64,000 nt of DNA from Trichomonas gallinae (Eukaryota), in the NCBI GenBank assembly GCA_008369845.1, contig MRSU01007380.1, positions 1-64,000 of the forward strand, given 5' to 3'. A model generated the notes under the pieces. That model ran no database searches. It was not told the DNA's origin and saw only the letters and a list, made by a program, of their open reading frames with translations. A program made the position numbers and the translations under genes. Shown here piece by piece: positions 53,948-63,409 of this stretch (the stretch's first letter is position 1; the number at the start of each line of letters is the position of its first letter).

Positions 53948-56900
53948 ATGGCTCGCAACAGGAAAGAAGCTTCAATAATTCCTTCACCATTTAACTTTGG
54001 AGCTGTTTTTTCTGATAATCTTGTTGATAGCGAGTTAGATGTGAAATCTCCCAATGAAATTTCCGAAGAATTACTGACAATAGTAAAATCAACAGACCAA
54101 AACGTGGCTGTAGCAGTATTATTGTCATTATTTTCGCGAATTCAGAAACAAGAAGATAATGATCGTAAACACAAATTGCTAGAAATTCTTAATAATTTTC
54201 TCGAATTAATACAAAATCAGCAATGGTTCCGAATTATTGTTCTAAAGTTCTTTAACAAGCTGACCGAATTCCCAGAAGCAATCATTCATCAGTTAAATAC
54301 ACAGGCAAGCTTTGTTCTTGTTGTTCACGGCGCAAGTTCAAAATATTGCCAGGAATGCCAGAATTACATACAGAACAACATAATTCCAAATATTTCGCAG
54401 ATAAATAGCGATAAAATTTCGCAAAATGTCCTCTACGAATTATGTGATTTACATTTACCGGATTTCGACCCAGATGTCATTTTTGGTCAGAAAGAACAAC
54501 CAGAATTTTCACCATATTTGTCTATTTCAAAGCTTTCAAGCCAACAAAACAACGTTGAAATTTCAATTTTCGATAATATTCCAATTCAATCAGTTTTAGC
54601 CGAATCAAATGCAACACTTATTTCTCAGAAATCCAGATTAATCGAACTATTTTCATTTTACCCAGATTTCAACGAATATCATGCCGCTTCATTTATTTTC
54701 TGTCTCGTTCAGCCCCATTATCAGTATAAAGAATACCTAGACAATCTAGAACCGGATTCACGCAGCCGTTTGCTTGAGATGCACAGAGAAATTTTTGAAG
54801 AGAAGAAATTATCTGTTCAAGGAATTATCGACCATTTTCCATCGCTAGACATTCCCCATCTTCAGGTTGATTCGTGCCCTCTTCTTTTTACGATTCTCAC
54901 GTCTCTTACACGTGGACAACAAATTAATCCGATATCTTTCACGCAGCAGTGGAAGAGCCCACAGCTACAGCAGTCTGTTCTCCAGTACATCACTGTTAAC
55001 ACTGTTCCAATCCTTGATTTCTCGAAGACACCGAAACAGATTGATTTCGAAGGATTTATTCAAACAGGCGCCAATTTCGATAACTGTTGCAACTGCTGGA
55101 AGTCCCTTGAATTTGTACAACGAGCAACACAGCTCCTTTCTCACGACAACCAAAATCTCAACAAATTCTTCGAGCCTCTCATCCAGAAACATCCTGCAGT
55201 CTTGATTGCCATCTTTTCGCGTGCAGACATCGAAGCCACTGACAGTATCATCGAAATCGCGACACAAGCCTTAGGACAGCTCGTTCACGCAAATTTATCG
55301 ACTGTTGTCAACGAATTGTTCAAGAATTCGCCAAGTTTCATCACATTACTGTTGTTGAATCTGTACAAGAGCCAGCCGGCTGTTATTGATAGAATTTACA
55401 ACACATTTAGCGATCATGTTCCAAAATTGCTCGAACTTTCGGATGTTTTCTTTGCCACTGATTGTGCGATGATTGCTGCTGCAAATAAGATGATTGAGAT
55501 TGGAAAATTCATAGAATCTTACACAAAACGCAACGGACAAGAATCTCTCCAGAAAATCATCGATTTCATTGTCCAAAAGGTTAAGCATGTCAATTCTCAG
55601 CAGTTGTTGGTCATAACAAACTTATTCGCTTATCTTTCTGAGCATTTTTCAGAATATACAATTCATCAGCAAATTTTCATCGAAAACGCTGCTAAAAGTG
55701 CTGCAGAAGTCAACCCAGCCATTGCAATTCCATCATATGACATCAAAATCCCTCAAAAACTCCTCAACGAAACAAGAGAACAAGCAAATAACGCAATGAC
55801 TAAGCTAATGTCAGGCCAAATCTCTCCACACGACTTCTTCGTCAAGCTCTCACGCGAAAGATTCGTCAATCCCCTGTTTTTCTCTGAAATCGTGTCACAT
55901 TTGTTATCTGTTATCGAAAATGTCGACGATTTGAAGCCAAATGCTATAAGAATACTCGGAACAGCGACAGCACAACTTGTTATATCAGGCAGTTTGACTC
56001 GTTCGAAGAGCGAACAGATATTACACATGATTAAATCAGCATTGAACAATGAAGAGCAGACACCAGCCTATACATTCGGCATTCATGCTCTAGAGTTGAT
56101 TCTCCCTAAGATAGACAATTTCCCTCAGTTTATCTTCGACGTAATGAGAGAAACGAGAATCAGAGACCTAAGTCCAGAAATTTTCGCACAAGTCCAATCA
56201 ATCGGACAGAAGATCAACGAGCCACTGCATTCTACACTTCCTAAGACAATAAACGTTCATCCTTTGCTGATGAGATTCCTTAATATGAGAACGCAGCCTC
56301 CTCCATCTGTTGCTCGCGCATTATTGAATCTCGCACAAGAGCCAACATCACTCCACGACATCCTCAAGAAGCACTACAAGCTTCACGACTGGATCGCTTT
56401 GTCTGTCGTCGACACAATACAAGACAAGCCAGCTCTTTTGCCTGCTTTCGAGCCTTACTTCAAGGAGAACTCTGATTTTACGTCAATTGTCTTCCAGGCG
56501 GCTTCTGCAAGGTCTCTTCAGCATATTCTCGCACCAGAATTCGGAAAATACGAAGGCTGCTTGAGAAGGAGGAGGTTATATGTCCTCGGCAACTTAATCG
56601 GCAGAATTACTTTGAAAGAATGCAGACCAATTTTATCGAGATTCTTGGATTTGAAGAAACTCCTTCTTTACGGTGTCTCTCAGGGCAAACTTTACGGCAT
56701 TGTTCCATTCGTTGTCGCAATTTTGTCTAATGCTGACGATTTCTTCTTGCCGCCGAATCCATACAAATCTGGCCTTTTGTATATATTGGCTGGCATCTAT
56801 GCTATGGACTCAATCAAAGTCTACATCAAGCAGCAGATTTTAGGCTTGTTCACGAAGAACAGAATCACATTAGGACTCTTTGACAAAGTTCCCAAGTACT

Positions 56901-59605
56901 TCCCGTTGACAACAGACGGAAACTACGACTACTTGATTGTCCCTTATTCTCTGATCCACTTCTTGTCTGCTCCTGATATCGAAAGAATCACGACATTCGA
57001 CACAAACATATTAAATCAGTTTGTTCAGCAGAATATTATAATACCAGACAACGCTGGCGTCTTAATTGACCTGAAAGAGAGAATCAAAGAAGCGTTAGTT
57101 AATTATTTCGTAAACTTCTTGCACTCTGAAGGTCCATCGTTAGCTGAGAAGGCCTCCAACACTACACTTGAGCTCGTCAAGAAAGATTTCAAGAACGCAC
57201 AAGCTCCGGAAATTTCCCTAGAACCAGCTCATCAAATGGTGCACCAACTCGCTGCTTCTCTGACATTATTCAACGCATTGATAAAGATCCCACGCATCAA
57301 GAAGGAGCTCGAGAACGTTGTCGGTGACTTGGACTCAGACTGGATCGACGAAATCGCCGCAAAGAACTACGAATGGATCTCCCAAGTCTTAAGAGATGCA
57401 GTAGCCATCAGGTCGTGGAACTTAGTCAAGAATTCATTAATGGCTGGAATTGATGACGAGAGACAGCATAAGGGAAGAAACTTCTCTACTGTCCAGCCTG
57501 GAATTTCAGCAAACGGCTGTATTCAAGCACAGCGCGTCTACTCTGAATATCTTGATATTTCCTTCTCCCAGCAGTCATATCCTATCTCCAAGGACTTCAA
57601 AGTCGACTTGGACAAGGAAATCGATGCTTATTTGGAGAAGTTCAAGAAGATTGTCCCATTCGACTCCAACTACACAGAGAGCCAGACAGATGAGAGCGCC
57701 ATAGAAGAGTTCTTAGAGCACTGCCCCAATTTCGTTGTACAGCCAATCACTTTCGAGCAGTTCAAAGCAATCCTCAAGGCAATCTTCAAGCAGGTCGGAT
57801 TCCCCAAGTCTCCAAGCAGGCCGTTCGAAATGGTCGTCTGCCAAGTCATTGAGAGATTGGTTACATCAGTTCCTCCATCGATATTGGAGCAGGCGAGACC
57901 ATATATAATGTCGTGGGTCCACAATCTTTTACCACCTTATATAGTTTGCGACTTAGTCCGCCTCAAGTTGATCAATGAGAGAGATTTGGATATTGAGTTT
58001 ACATCACTTATGAACTCTGAGCCATTCAACACACGTATAATGCTTCACGTGCAGCAGGCCCTCTTCTACGGCATGGTCGAGACATCTAAACTCAGCGCAA
58101 GAGAGATGATTTCTTCGCTGACATTCGTCTGCACGATTCCGCAGTCAGAGCTCGACATTTCTAAAGACCCAATCAACTCCAAGGACACCATCTACACCAA
58201 ATACTCACAATATGCTAAGTCTCTCACCAAAGTCTTTGAGACAGTCTTCGCGCCAGAGACAAGAATCCCGTCAGACACGAAACTCTCCAAGCTCATTACT
58301 TACGATAATTTGGAGAAGAAGCATCCATCTGCCGAAAAGTGGCGTGCGGCCTTCTTAGACAGAGACATAATGGACTACACAGACGAAACAAAGGAAGTAT
58401 TGTCTAACGGTGTCAGCGCAATTGCCTCTGTTCTCTTCTCTGAGAGCACGAAAGCCGTACAGGCTTTCATGGATTGCACATCCAAACAACCGGGAGCCTC
58501 TCAATACGCTGTCGACATAATTGAAGCCGCTGTAGCGAATGTCAAAGGTGTTGGAAATGTGATGGGCTTGGATACAACTAAGTACTACAATGCTATCAGA
58601 GGAGCTCTAGTACTACTCTCTGGCAGTGACAAATTCGAAAATGTTGCATCGCTTTTGCACACAATCAGGCCAACAATTTCCCCATCTTTCGGATTCGGCT
58701 GGGTTCAGTTGGTCTCAGACAAGACGCTTATTGCACCACTGCTCAACAGCCAGTCTTCTTGGACCTCATTCTTCGTCCTTTTGGCTGATTTCATCGGCGC
58801 AGTCGGAAATCTCAGCAAGAGGAATGTCAAGAACGACAACGAGGCCTTCGACATAATGTACAGGGCTTTGCTGAGACTTATTCTCATTTTATCACACGAC
58901 TACAACGAGTTCATGGCCAGCGCAGCTCCGCTTTTAGTTCAGTGCGTGCCACTTAACTTCACGCAGCTCCGCAACATACTTTTGAGCCTCGACTCTCGCC
59001 CGAACTCGAATTTCACACGCGCAGCACAGCAATTCACTTCTATTCCAGACAAATTCAAGAACGCTTTGACTACAGCCTTCCCGCAGCGCTCATTCGACAG
59101 GCCGTCTGCTGTCACACTCGTCCAGATGATCATTGAGAAAGATGCTCCAATATCATTGACCTACGCATTCGTTTACTCGCTTTTGCAGTCCATGTCGACG
59201 CTTAAACAGAGCGACAACACTGAAGAAAGCCCAGCGTATCTCGCACTTTCCGTCTTGTTCGAGATGGCAGACGCAAAGCACACATACGAAGTTATCTGTG
59301 CGATACTTGATAACGTCAGAGGCGATGACAGGGAGTCTCAGAATCCGAAGAGATTGTTGGAGGCTTTACTCAGATCAACGAAGATGACCATCAAACAAGG
59401 ACTCACAGCATCAGAGCTCACTTTGAGAGCGATAATCGAGCGTGTTTCTGCTGCATCAAAGCCTCCTCTCGCTCTACAGCAGTTCTACAAGGAGGTTATC
59501 ACGAAGGATCAGAGGACGCACTTCCTCAGCGAGATGAGCTACATGCAGAACAACCCAGAGATCTCAACATTCATCCAAAAGAACTTGGCAAACATCAAGA
59601 AATGA
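53948..59605 (+). CDS. NOT1: CCR4-NOT scaffold subunit NOT1
   Basis: LGNLIGRITLKECRPIL..LDLKKLL..IVPFVVAIL..FLPPNPY (CAF1-binding MIF4G). LHTIRP..PSFGFGWVQLVS and YRALLRLILILSHDY..QLRNILLS (Not1 C-terminal domain). AAAGTGAC at 53933 precedes ATG 53948; an alternative ATG lies at 53900. Confidence 0.88.
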   Translation: MARNRKEASIIPSPFNFGAVFSDNLVDSELDVKSPNEISEELLTIVKSTDQNVAVAVLLSLFSRIQKQEDNDRKHKLLEILNNFLELIQNQQWFRIIVLKFFNKLTEFPEAIIHQLNTQASFVLVVHGASSKYCQECQNYIQNNIIPNISQINSDKISQNVLYELCDLHLPDFDPDVIFGQKEQPEFSPYLSISKLSSQQNNVEISIFDNIPIQSVLAESNATLISQKSRLIELFSFYPDFNEYHAASFIFCLVQPHYQYKEYLDNLEPDSRSRLLEMHREIFEEKKLSVQGIIDHFPSLDIPHLQVDSCPLLFTILTSLTRGQQINPISFTQQWKSPQLQQSVLQYITVNTVPILDFSKTPKQIDFEGFIQTGANFDNCCNCWKSLEFVQRATQLLSHDNQNLNKFFEPLIQKHPAVLIAIFSRADIEATDSIIEIATQALGQLVHANLSTVVNELFKNSPSFITLLLLNLYKSQPAVIDRIYNTFSDHVPKLLELSDVFFATDCAMIAAANKMIEIGKFIESYTKRNGQESLQKIIDFIVQKVKHVNSQQLLVITNLFAYLSEHFSEYTIHQQIFIENAAKSAAEVNPAIAIPSYDIKIPQKLLNETREQANNAMTKLMSGQISPHDFFVKLSRERFVNPLFFSEIVSHLLSVIENVDDLKPNAIRILGTATAQLVISGSLTRSKSEQILHMIKSALNNEEQTPAYTFGIHALELILPKIDNFPQFIFDVMRETRIRDLSPEIFAQVQSIGQKINEPLHSTLPKTINVHPLLMRFLNMRTQPPPSVARALLNLAQEPTSLHDILKKHYKLHDWIALSVVDTIQDKPALLPAFEPYFKENSDFTSIVFQAASARSLQHILAPEFGKYEGCLRRRRLYVLGNLIGRITLKECRPILSRFLDLKKLLLYGVSQGKLYGIVPFVVAILSNADDFFLPPNPYKSGLLYILAGIYAMDSIKVYIKQQILGLFTKNRITLGLFDKVPKYFPLTTDGNYDYLIVPYSLIHFLSAPDIERITTFDTNILNQFVQQNIIIPDNAGVLIDLKERIKEALVNYFVNFLHSEGPSLAEKASNTTLELVKKDFKNAQAPEISLEPAHQMVHQLAASLTLFNALIKIPRIKKELENVVGDLDSDWIDEIAAKNYEWISQVLRDAVAIRSWNLVKNSLMAGIDDERQHKGRNFSTVQPGISANGCIQAQRVYSEYLDISFSQQSYPISKDFKVDLDKEIDAYLEKFKKIVPFDSNYTESQTDESAIEEFLEHCPNFVVQPITFEQFKAILKAIFKQVGFPKSPSRPFEMVVCQVIERLVTSVPPSILEQARPYIMSWVHNLLPPYIVCDLVRLKLINERDLDIEFTSLMNSEPFNTRIMLHVQQALFYGMVETSKLSAREMISSLTFVCTIPQSELDISKDPINSKDTIYTKYSQYAKSLTKVFETVFAPETRIPSDTKLSKLITYDNLEKKHPSAEKWRAAFLDRDIMDYTDETKEVLSNGVSAIASVLFSESTKAVQAFMDCTSKQPGASQYAVDIIEAAVANVKGVGNVMGLDTTKYYNAIRGALVLLSGSDKFENVASLLHTIRPTISPSFGFGWVQLVSDKTLIAPLLNSQSSWTSFFVLLADFIGAVGNLSKRNVKNDNEAFDIMYRALLRLILILSHDYNEFMASAAPLLVQCVPLNFTQLRNILLSLDSRPNSNFTRAAQQFTSIPDKFKNALTTAFPQRSFDRPSAVTLVQMIIEKDAPISLTYAFVYSLLQSMSTLKQSDNTEESPAYLALSVLFEMADAKHTYEVICAILDNVRGDDRESQNPKRLLEALLRSTKMTIKQGLTASELTLRAIIERVSAASKPPLALQQFYKEVITKDQRTHFLSEMSYMQNNPEISTFIQKNLANIKK

Positions 59606-59788
59606 ATCATTTAATTATTATTTTTTTTTTGTTATTCCTTTATTAAATTATAAATCATATAATTTGTTATAAAAAACAATTTATTAATTTGATTTTTTTT
59701 TTTAATTTTTATTCTGAACATTGAGATCTATATGATTAATAATCTTAAAGTAATTTATAACAGAATTGATTTATAAAACAAACAAAAC

Positions 59789-60970
59789 TTATATGATAGG
59801 ATTAGATATAATTGACCTTAAAGCTAATATACTTCTTTGTGTGATTTTTTCATTTGTAGTGATTATTGAGTCTATTGGAATCTCTCTTGGTTTAGTTTCA
59901 AGATGATTCTCAATAGGACTTTTCAGAACCCTTAAAGCTTCTTCTCTCGTTTCATATGGTATGTCTTTACCATCTTTCCATTTCGACCATCTAGCAAACA
60001 TTATAGTAGCAGCTTTCAAATCTTGATTGAGTTCAGATGCAAAATATTTTGTGATATTTTTTGCATATCCTGTTTCGGCAGCATCTAATATTGCTAATGG
60101 AGCATATATTTCATCAGAATCGTACATCTTCCTGACAGATCTATCGCACATTTCAAGGAAAACCTGCAAATTGTCTTTGTAAAGAACTTCAACTCTATGT
60201 AGTGTTATCTTTGCTAGCATTTGATATCCTTGAACTGTTGGAGGGAGGATGCAAAATAAAACTGGAAATTCTAAACATAAAGTTGCTGCATAGTTTAGAG
60301 ATGATTTTGGAGCTTTCATTAATATTGTTCTGCAATTCATAGCGGTATGCATTGATCTTTTTTCTGCTTGAAGCCAACTCGAAAATATCAAATCTGCAAT
60401 TTCAGAATTAATTTCTGAAAATGAGTTAATTGTAATTGTAGTCAGAGCTGATCTTATAGGAGTAGGATCTATTAAAAATGGAACAATTTGGATTATTGCA
60501 GAATTCGGTACTTCTGAGCCTGTAGGCGTTCGTATTATATTGATGAAATGTGCATAAAACGTTGTATCGTTAGAAGGTTCATCAATCCATTGAATTATTT
60601 TTCCGAAAAACAAATCAGGCGGAATCTCTGTGCATTTCACGATAAATGAGCACAATCCAATGTCATCAGTAGCATTCCACATATCGCAGAGGAAATTAGA
60701 TGGTAAATTTTTCAAACACAATTCGATAATTTTAGATGTTGTAGGATATATTAATGGATGTTCTCCAATGGATGGAGCAGCATATAAACCAAGTATTTCC
60801 AAGACTTGCTCGTTCGTAGACAGCTCGGGTGCATATTTAAATGAAGCAGCTAAGTATTGGCCCTTTGTTTTCGTGTTAAGCAGTAAATCTTCGGATGGAT
60901 TCTTTCTTTGCAATATCAGTTGTTGGAATAATTCGCTTAATGATGAAACATATCCACGAATTTTATCCAT
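59789..60970 (-). CDS. Hypothetical helical protein (393 aa)
   Basis: Long ORF with ATG. AAAGTGAC about 20 nt upstream. Confidence 0.8.
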   Translation of the reverse strand: MDKIRGYVSSLSELFQQLILQRKNPSEDLLLNTKTKGQYLAASFKYAPELSTNEQVLEILGLYAAPSIGEHPLIYPTTSKIIELCLKNLPSNFLCDMWNATDDIGLCSFIVKCTEIPPDLFFGKIIQWIDEPSNDTTFYAHFINIIRTPTGSEVPNSAIIQIVPFLIDPTPIRSALTTITINSFSEINSEIADLIFSSWLQAEKRSMHTAMNCRTILMKAPKSSLNYAATLCLEFPVLFCILPPTVQGYQMLAKITLHRVEVLYKDNLQVFLEMCDRSVRKMYDSDEIYAPLAILDAAETGYAKNITKYFASELNQDLKAATIMFARWSKWKDGKDIPYETREEALRVLKSPIENHLETKPREIPIDSIITTNEKITQRSILALRSIISNPII

Positions 60971-61171
60971 TCTGATTTTTACTTCCTCGTGTCACTTTTC
61001 ATTTCCTCTTTCGTTAAATTTGCCTTGTAAAAATATTTTTGACACGTAAATTTTTTAATATATCATCAATCTATTATCTGAGATTTTAGAAAAACGTAAA
61101 ACAAGCTTTTAATGAATAAACGATCTAAACAAGACAACATGGATAGAAGCGAAATGAAATTTGCAAATAAA

Positions 61172-61753
61172 TTATTTGCAACACTCAGTATTATGATCTT
61201 TCTTTATTAACTTTTTATCATTATTCGAAGAATTATTAATGAGGATGTTGTAACCAATTTCTGTAATGGTATCTTTAAGTATATCGATATTGTGTCCATT
61301 GCATGCGCTGCTTTCAATGAATTCCGCACGTATCGTTTCAGCAAAGTCTTTACCTTCATCAAATTCAATTTTACGGTGATTTTGCAAATCAACTTTATTT
61401 CCTATCAAGATAAGCTTTGCTGTTGTATTATTATCTCTAATATTCTTAATAAATCTGTTCCTTGCTGATTCAATTGATTCATAATCAACAATTGAGTAAA
61501 CTAATAAAATAATATCAGCTTTTTGATAATAAATAGGTACAATTGCATTATATTTTTCTTGACCAGCAGTATCAGAAAACTCTAAATGAAATGAACTTCC
61601 TTCCCATTCAACTTCAAGGGAATTTCCTTCTGCTCTAACAGTCGACCTTTCTTCTGGATCGAAATCCATTCCTAATAACCTTTTCATTATGCTAGTCTTA
61701 CCACAGCGGCCTTCACCAGTGAAAACTACGTGGATTGTGTCATTTGCTGACAT
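61172..61753 (-). CDS. Divergent Rab-family small GTPase
   Basis: GEGRCGKTS, DTAGQEKY, NKVD, SAC, C-terminal CCK. Confidence 0.9.
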   Translation of the reverse strand: MSANDTIHVVFTGEGRCGKTSIMKRLLGMDFDPEERSTVRAEGNSLEVEWEGSSFHLEFSDTAGQEKYNAIVPIYYQKADIILLVYSIVDYESIESARNRFIKNIRDNNTTAKLILIGNKVDLQNHRKIEFDEGKDFAETIRAEFIESSACNGHNIDILKDTITEIGYNILINNSSNNDKKLIKKDHNTECCK

Positions 61754-62200
61754 TAGAAATTTAGATGGATATTTTTAAATTTGCCGTTTTTGTGCAAAGT
61801 GCCAAATCTTTTTGTAAATCTATCAATTTTAAAATTTTGCCATTTTTTGTAATTGTCAAATCTTTTGTAAAAATGTCATTTTTTTAATCAAAAATTGAGA
61901 TAATTTGAAAAACGTGTCAAATATTTATCAAATTGTCAATTTTTATTATTTCCTGTAAAAGAGTCGCCATTTCTTTTGTTAACAAATCACATTTCCAACA
62001 AAATCGAAGCATATTTGAGTTTACAGCGAATCGCAAGACAATGATTTTCTTATTATTTGTTATATAGTTCAATATTCAAAACGAATATATACAAAACAAA
62101 GAAATTCCAATTGAAGTTTCAATTATCCTTTTGATAAGATAACATTATGAGAGAAATATATGAATGAAAACAAACAAACAAAAAATTTAATAATAAAATC

Positions 62201-63283
62201 TTAGCGCTTTCCTGCTTTCCAAAATTCTTTGACTTCACGAGGAGAGTTTGGAATTTTGATTGCTGGCGTTTTAGGCCAAATAAATTTGAGGCTCTTCAGA
62301 GGATCGAGTGGGAATTTAGATTCCGAGTAAGGGCGTGGAGGAATGACTTCTGGCCTTGATGCTTGAAGTGTGAATGTTTCTTTCTTTGGTGGCAAAAGTC
62401 TTTGAACAGATCTTTGAGGACGAATCCTATCAAGCATTTTCTTCTGCTCTGCTGACAACGAATCCAAGAATGCCACCCTTTCGTTTTTAGGAGGAACGTA
62501 ATCGCGAGGAAGTTGACGTTTCATATTCAAATTTACAGAGGCGCGTGCCTTCAGCTTATCAAGCTGGGGGATAGCATTATCAGAGTAGTCTCTTCCTTCG
62601 TCAGCTTTGACAAAATGCTTTCGTCCAACTTGTTTTCCGAATGCAATTCCTTTTGGCTCTTTTTCTGGCTCAGTGTAGAAATCAGCCGTAGTGACTAAAC
62701 TCGTCTTAAGCATGTCATCATTTCTTGCAGGCTGCTGATCGAATGTATACGCGTATTTTGGTGGAAAAATTTTATCCTTGTCAATATTTGTTATTTCTTC
62801 TCTGAGTGGATGCGGGAATTGATTTGTATCAAATGTTCTAAGACCAAGTGCAAAAGAATCAAGGATATTGACTGTTGTTTCTCCCTCTTTTTGCTTTATT
62901 TGTGGAATTTCGCCAATTTTTGCGTGTAAAATAGTCTTTTTCGTGGCATCAAATTTCGGATTATAAGTTGCTGGTTCTGGCTCTGCACTTTCTGGTACTT
63001 GAAAAGCAGGCGTGTAGGGGGTAATTTTATGATCAGTCTGAGGAACTTCGATTTTTGAGTCTATTGTATTGTTTTTCAAGTTATAATCGAGCATTTTCGC
63101 GAATTTAGATAATGGCTTGATTTTTACATTGTAATTTTGTTCGAGAGCAGATTTTGGCGGCGCAGAAGAGTTTTTCGGGTCGATGTCAAGTGGAACCATG
63201 GAAATAAGCTCCATCCTTTCCCATGTTTTCTGCATTGTTTGGGTCTGGTATTGATCAGGACGTGCTTTTTTCATTTTCTCCAT
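62201..63283 (-). CDS. Hypothetical basic Pro-rich protein with spaced short motifs (possible axonemal microtubule-associated protein)
   Basis: 360-aa ORF containing PATYNP, FDQQPAR, FGKQVGR, MKRQLPR and FTLQASR. Confidence 0.75.
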   Translation of the reverse strand: MEKMKKARPDQYQTQTMQKTWERMELISMVPLDIDPKNSSAPPKSALEQNYNVKIKPLSKFAKMLDYNLKNNTIDSKIEVPQTDHKITPYTPAFQVPESAEPEPATYNPKFDATKKTILHAKIGEIPQIKQKEGETTVNILDSFALGLRTFDTNQFPHPLREEITNIDKDKIFPPKYAYTFDQQPARNDDMLKTSLVTTADFYTEPEKEPKGIAFGKQVGRKHFVKADEGRDYSDNAIPQLDKLKARASVNLNMKRQLPRDYVPPKNERVAFLDSLSAEQKKMLDRIRPQRSVQRLLPPKKETFTLQASRPEVIPPRPYSESKFPLDPLKSLKFIWPKTPAIKIPNSPREVKEFWKAGKR

Positions 63284-63303
63284 TTTTGTTCGTTATTTTG
63301 CAC

Positions 63304-63393
63304 TTTGACACATAAACTTATATTTTTGCCATGTAATCTTTTAATATCATTTTGACACGTAAATATTTCAATAATTGTATTATGCCATGTAAA
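63304..63393. promoter_or_regulatory. Divergent promoter with four TG(A/C)CAYRTAA(A) elements
   Basis: TTTGACACATAAA 63304, TTTGCCATGTAA 63325, TTTGACACGTAAA 63351 and TGCCATGTAAA 63383, in a 126-bp gap between head-to-head genes. Confidence 0.55.
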
Positions 63394-63409
63394 TTTTTTT
63401 TCTTGAGTT

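Noticed and set aside
6741..53948. TTG/GTG starts in the ORF track for the phosphatase, BspA, bromodomain, BAR, kinase, Rab7, NOT1, 21916 and 42771 ORFs
   Set aside because: Each has a well-placed in-frame ATG just downstream, so they are not counted as non-AUG candidates.
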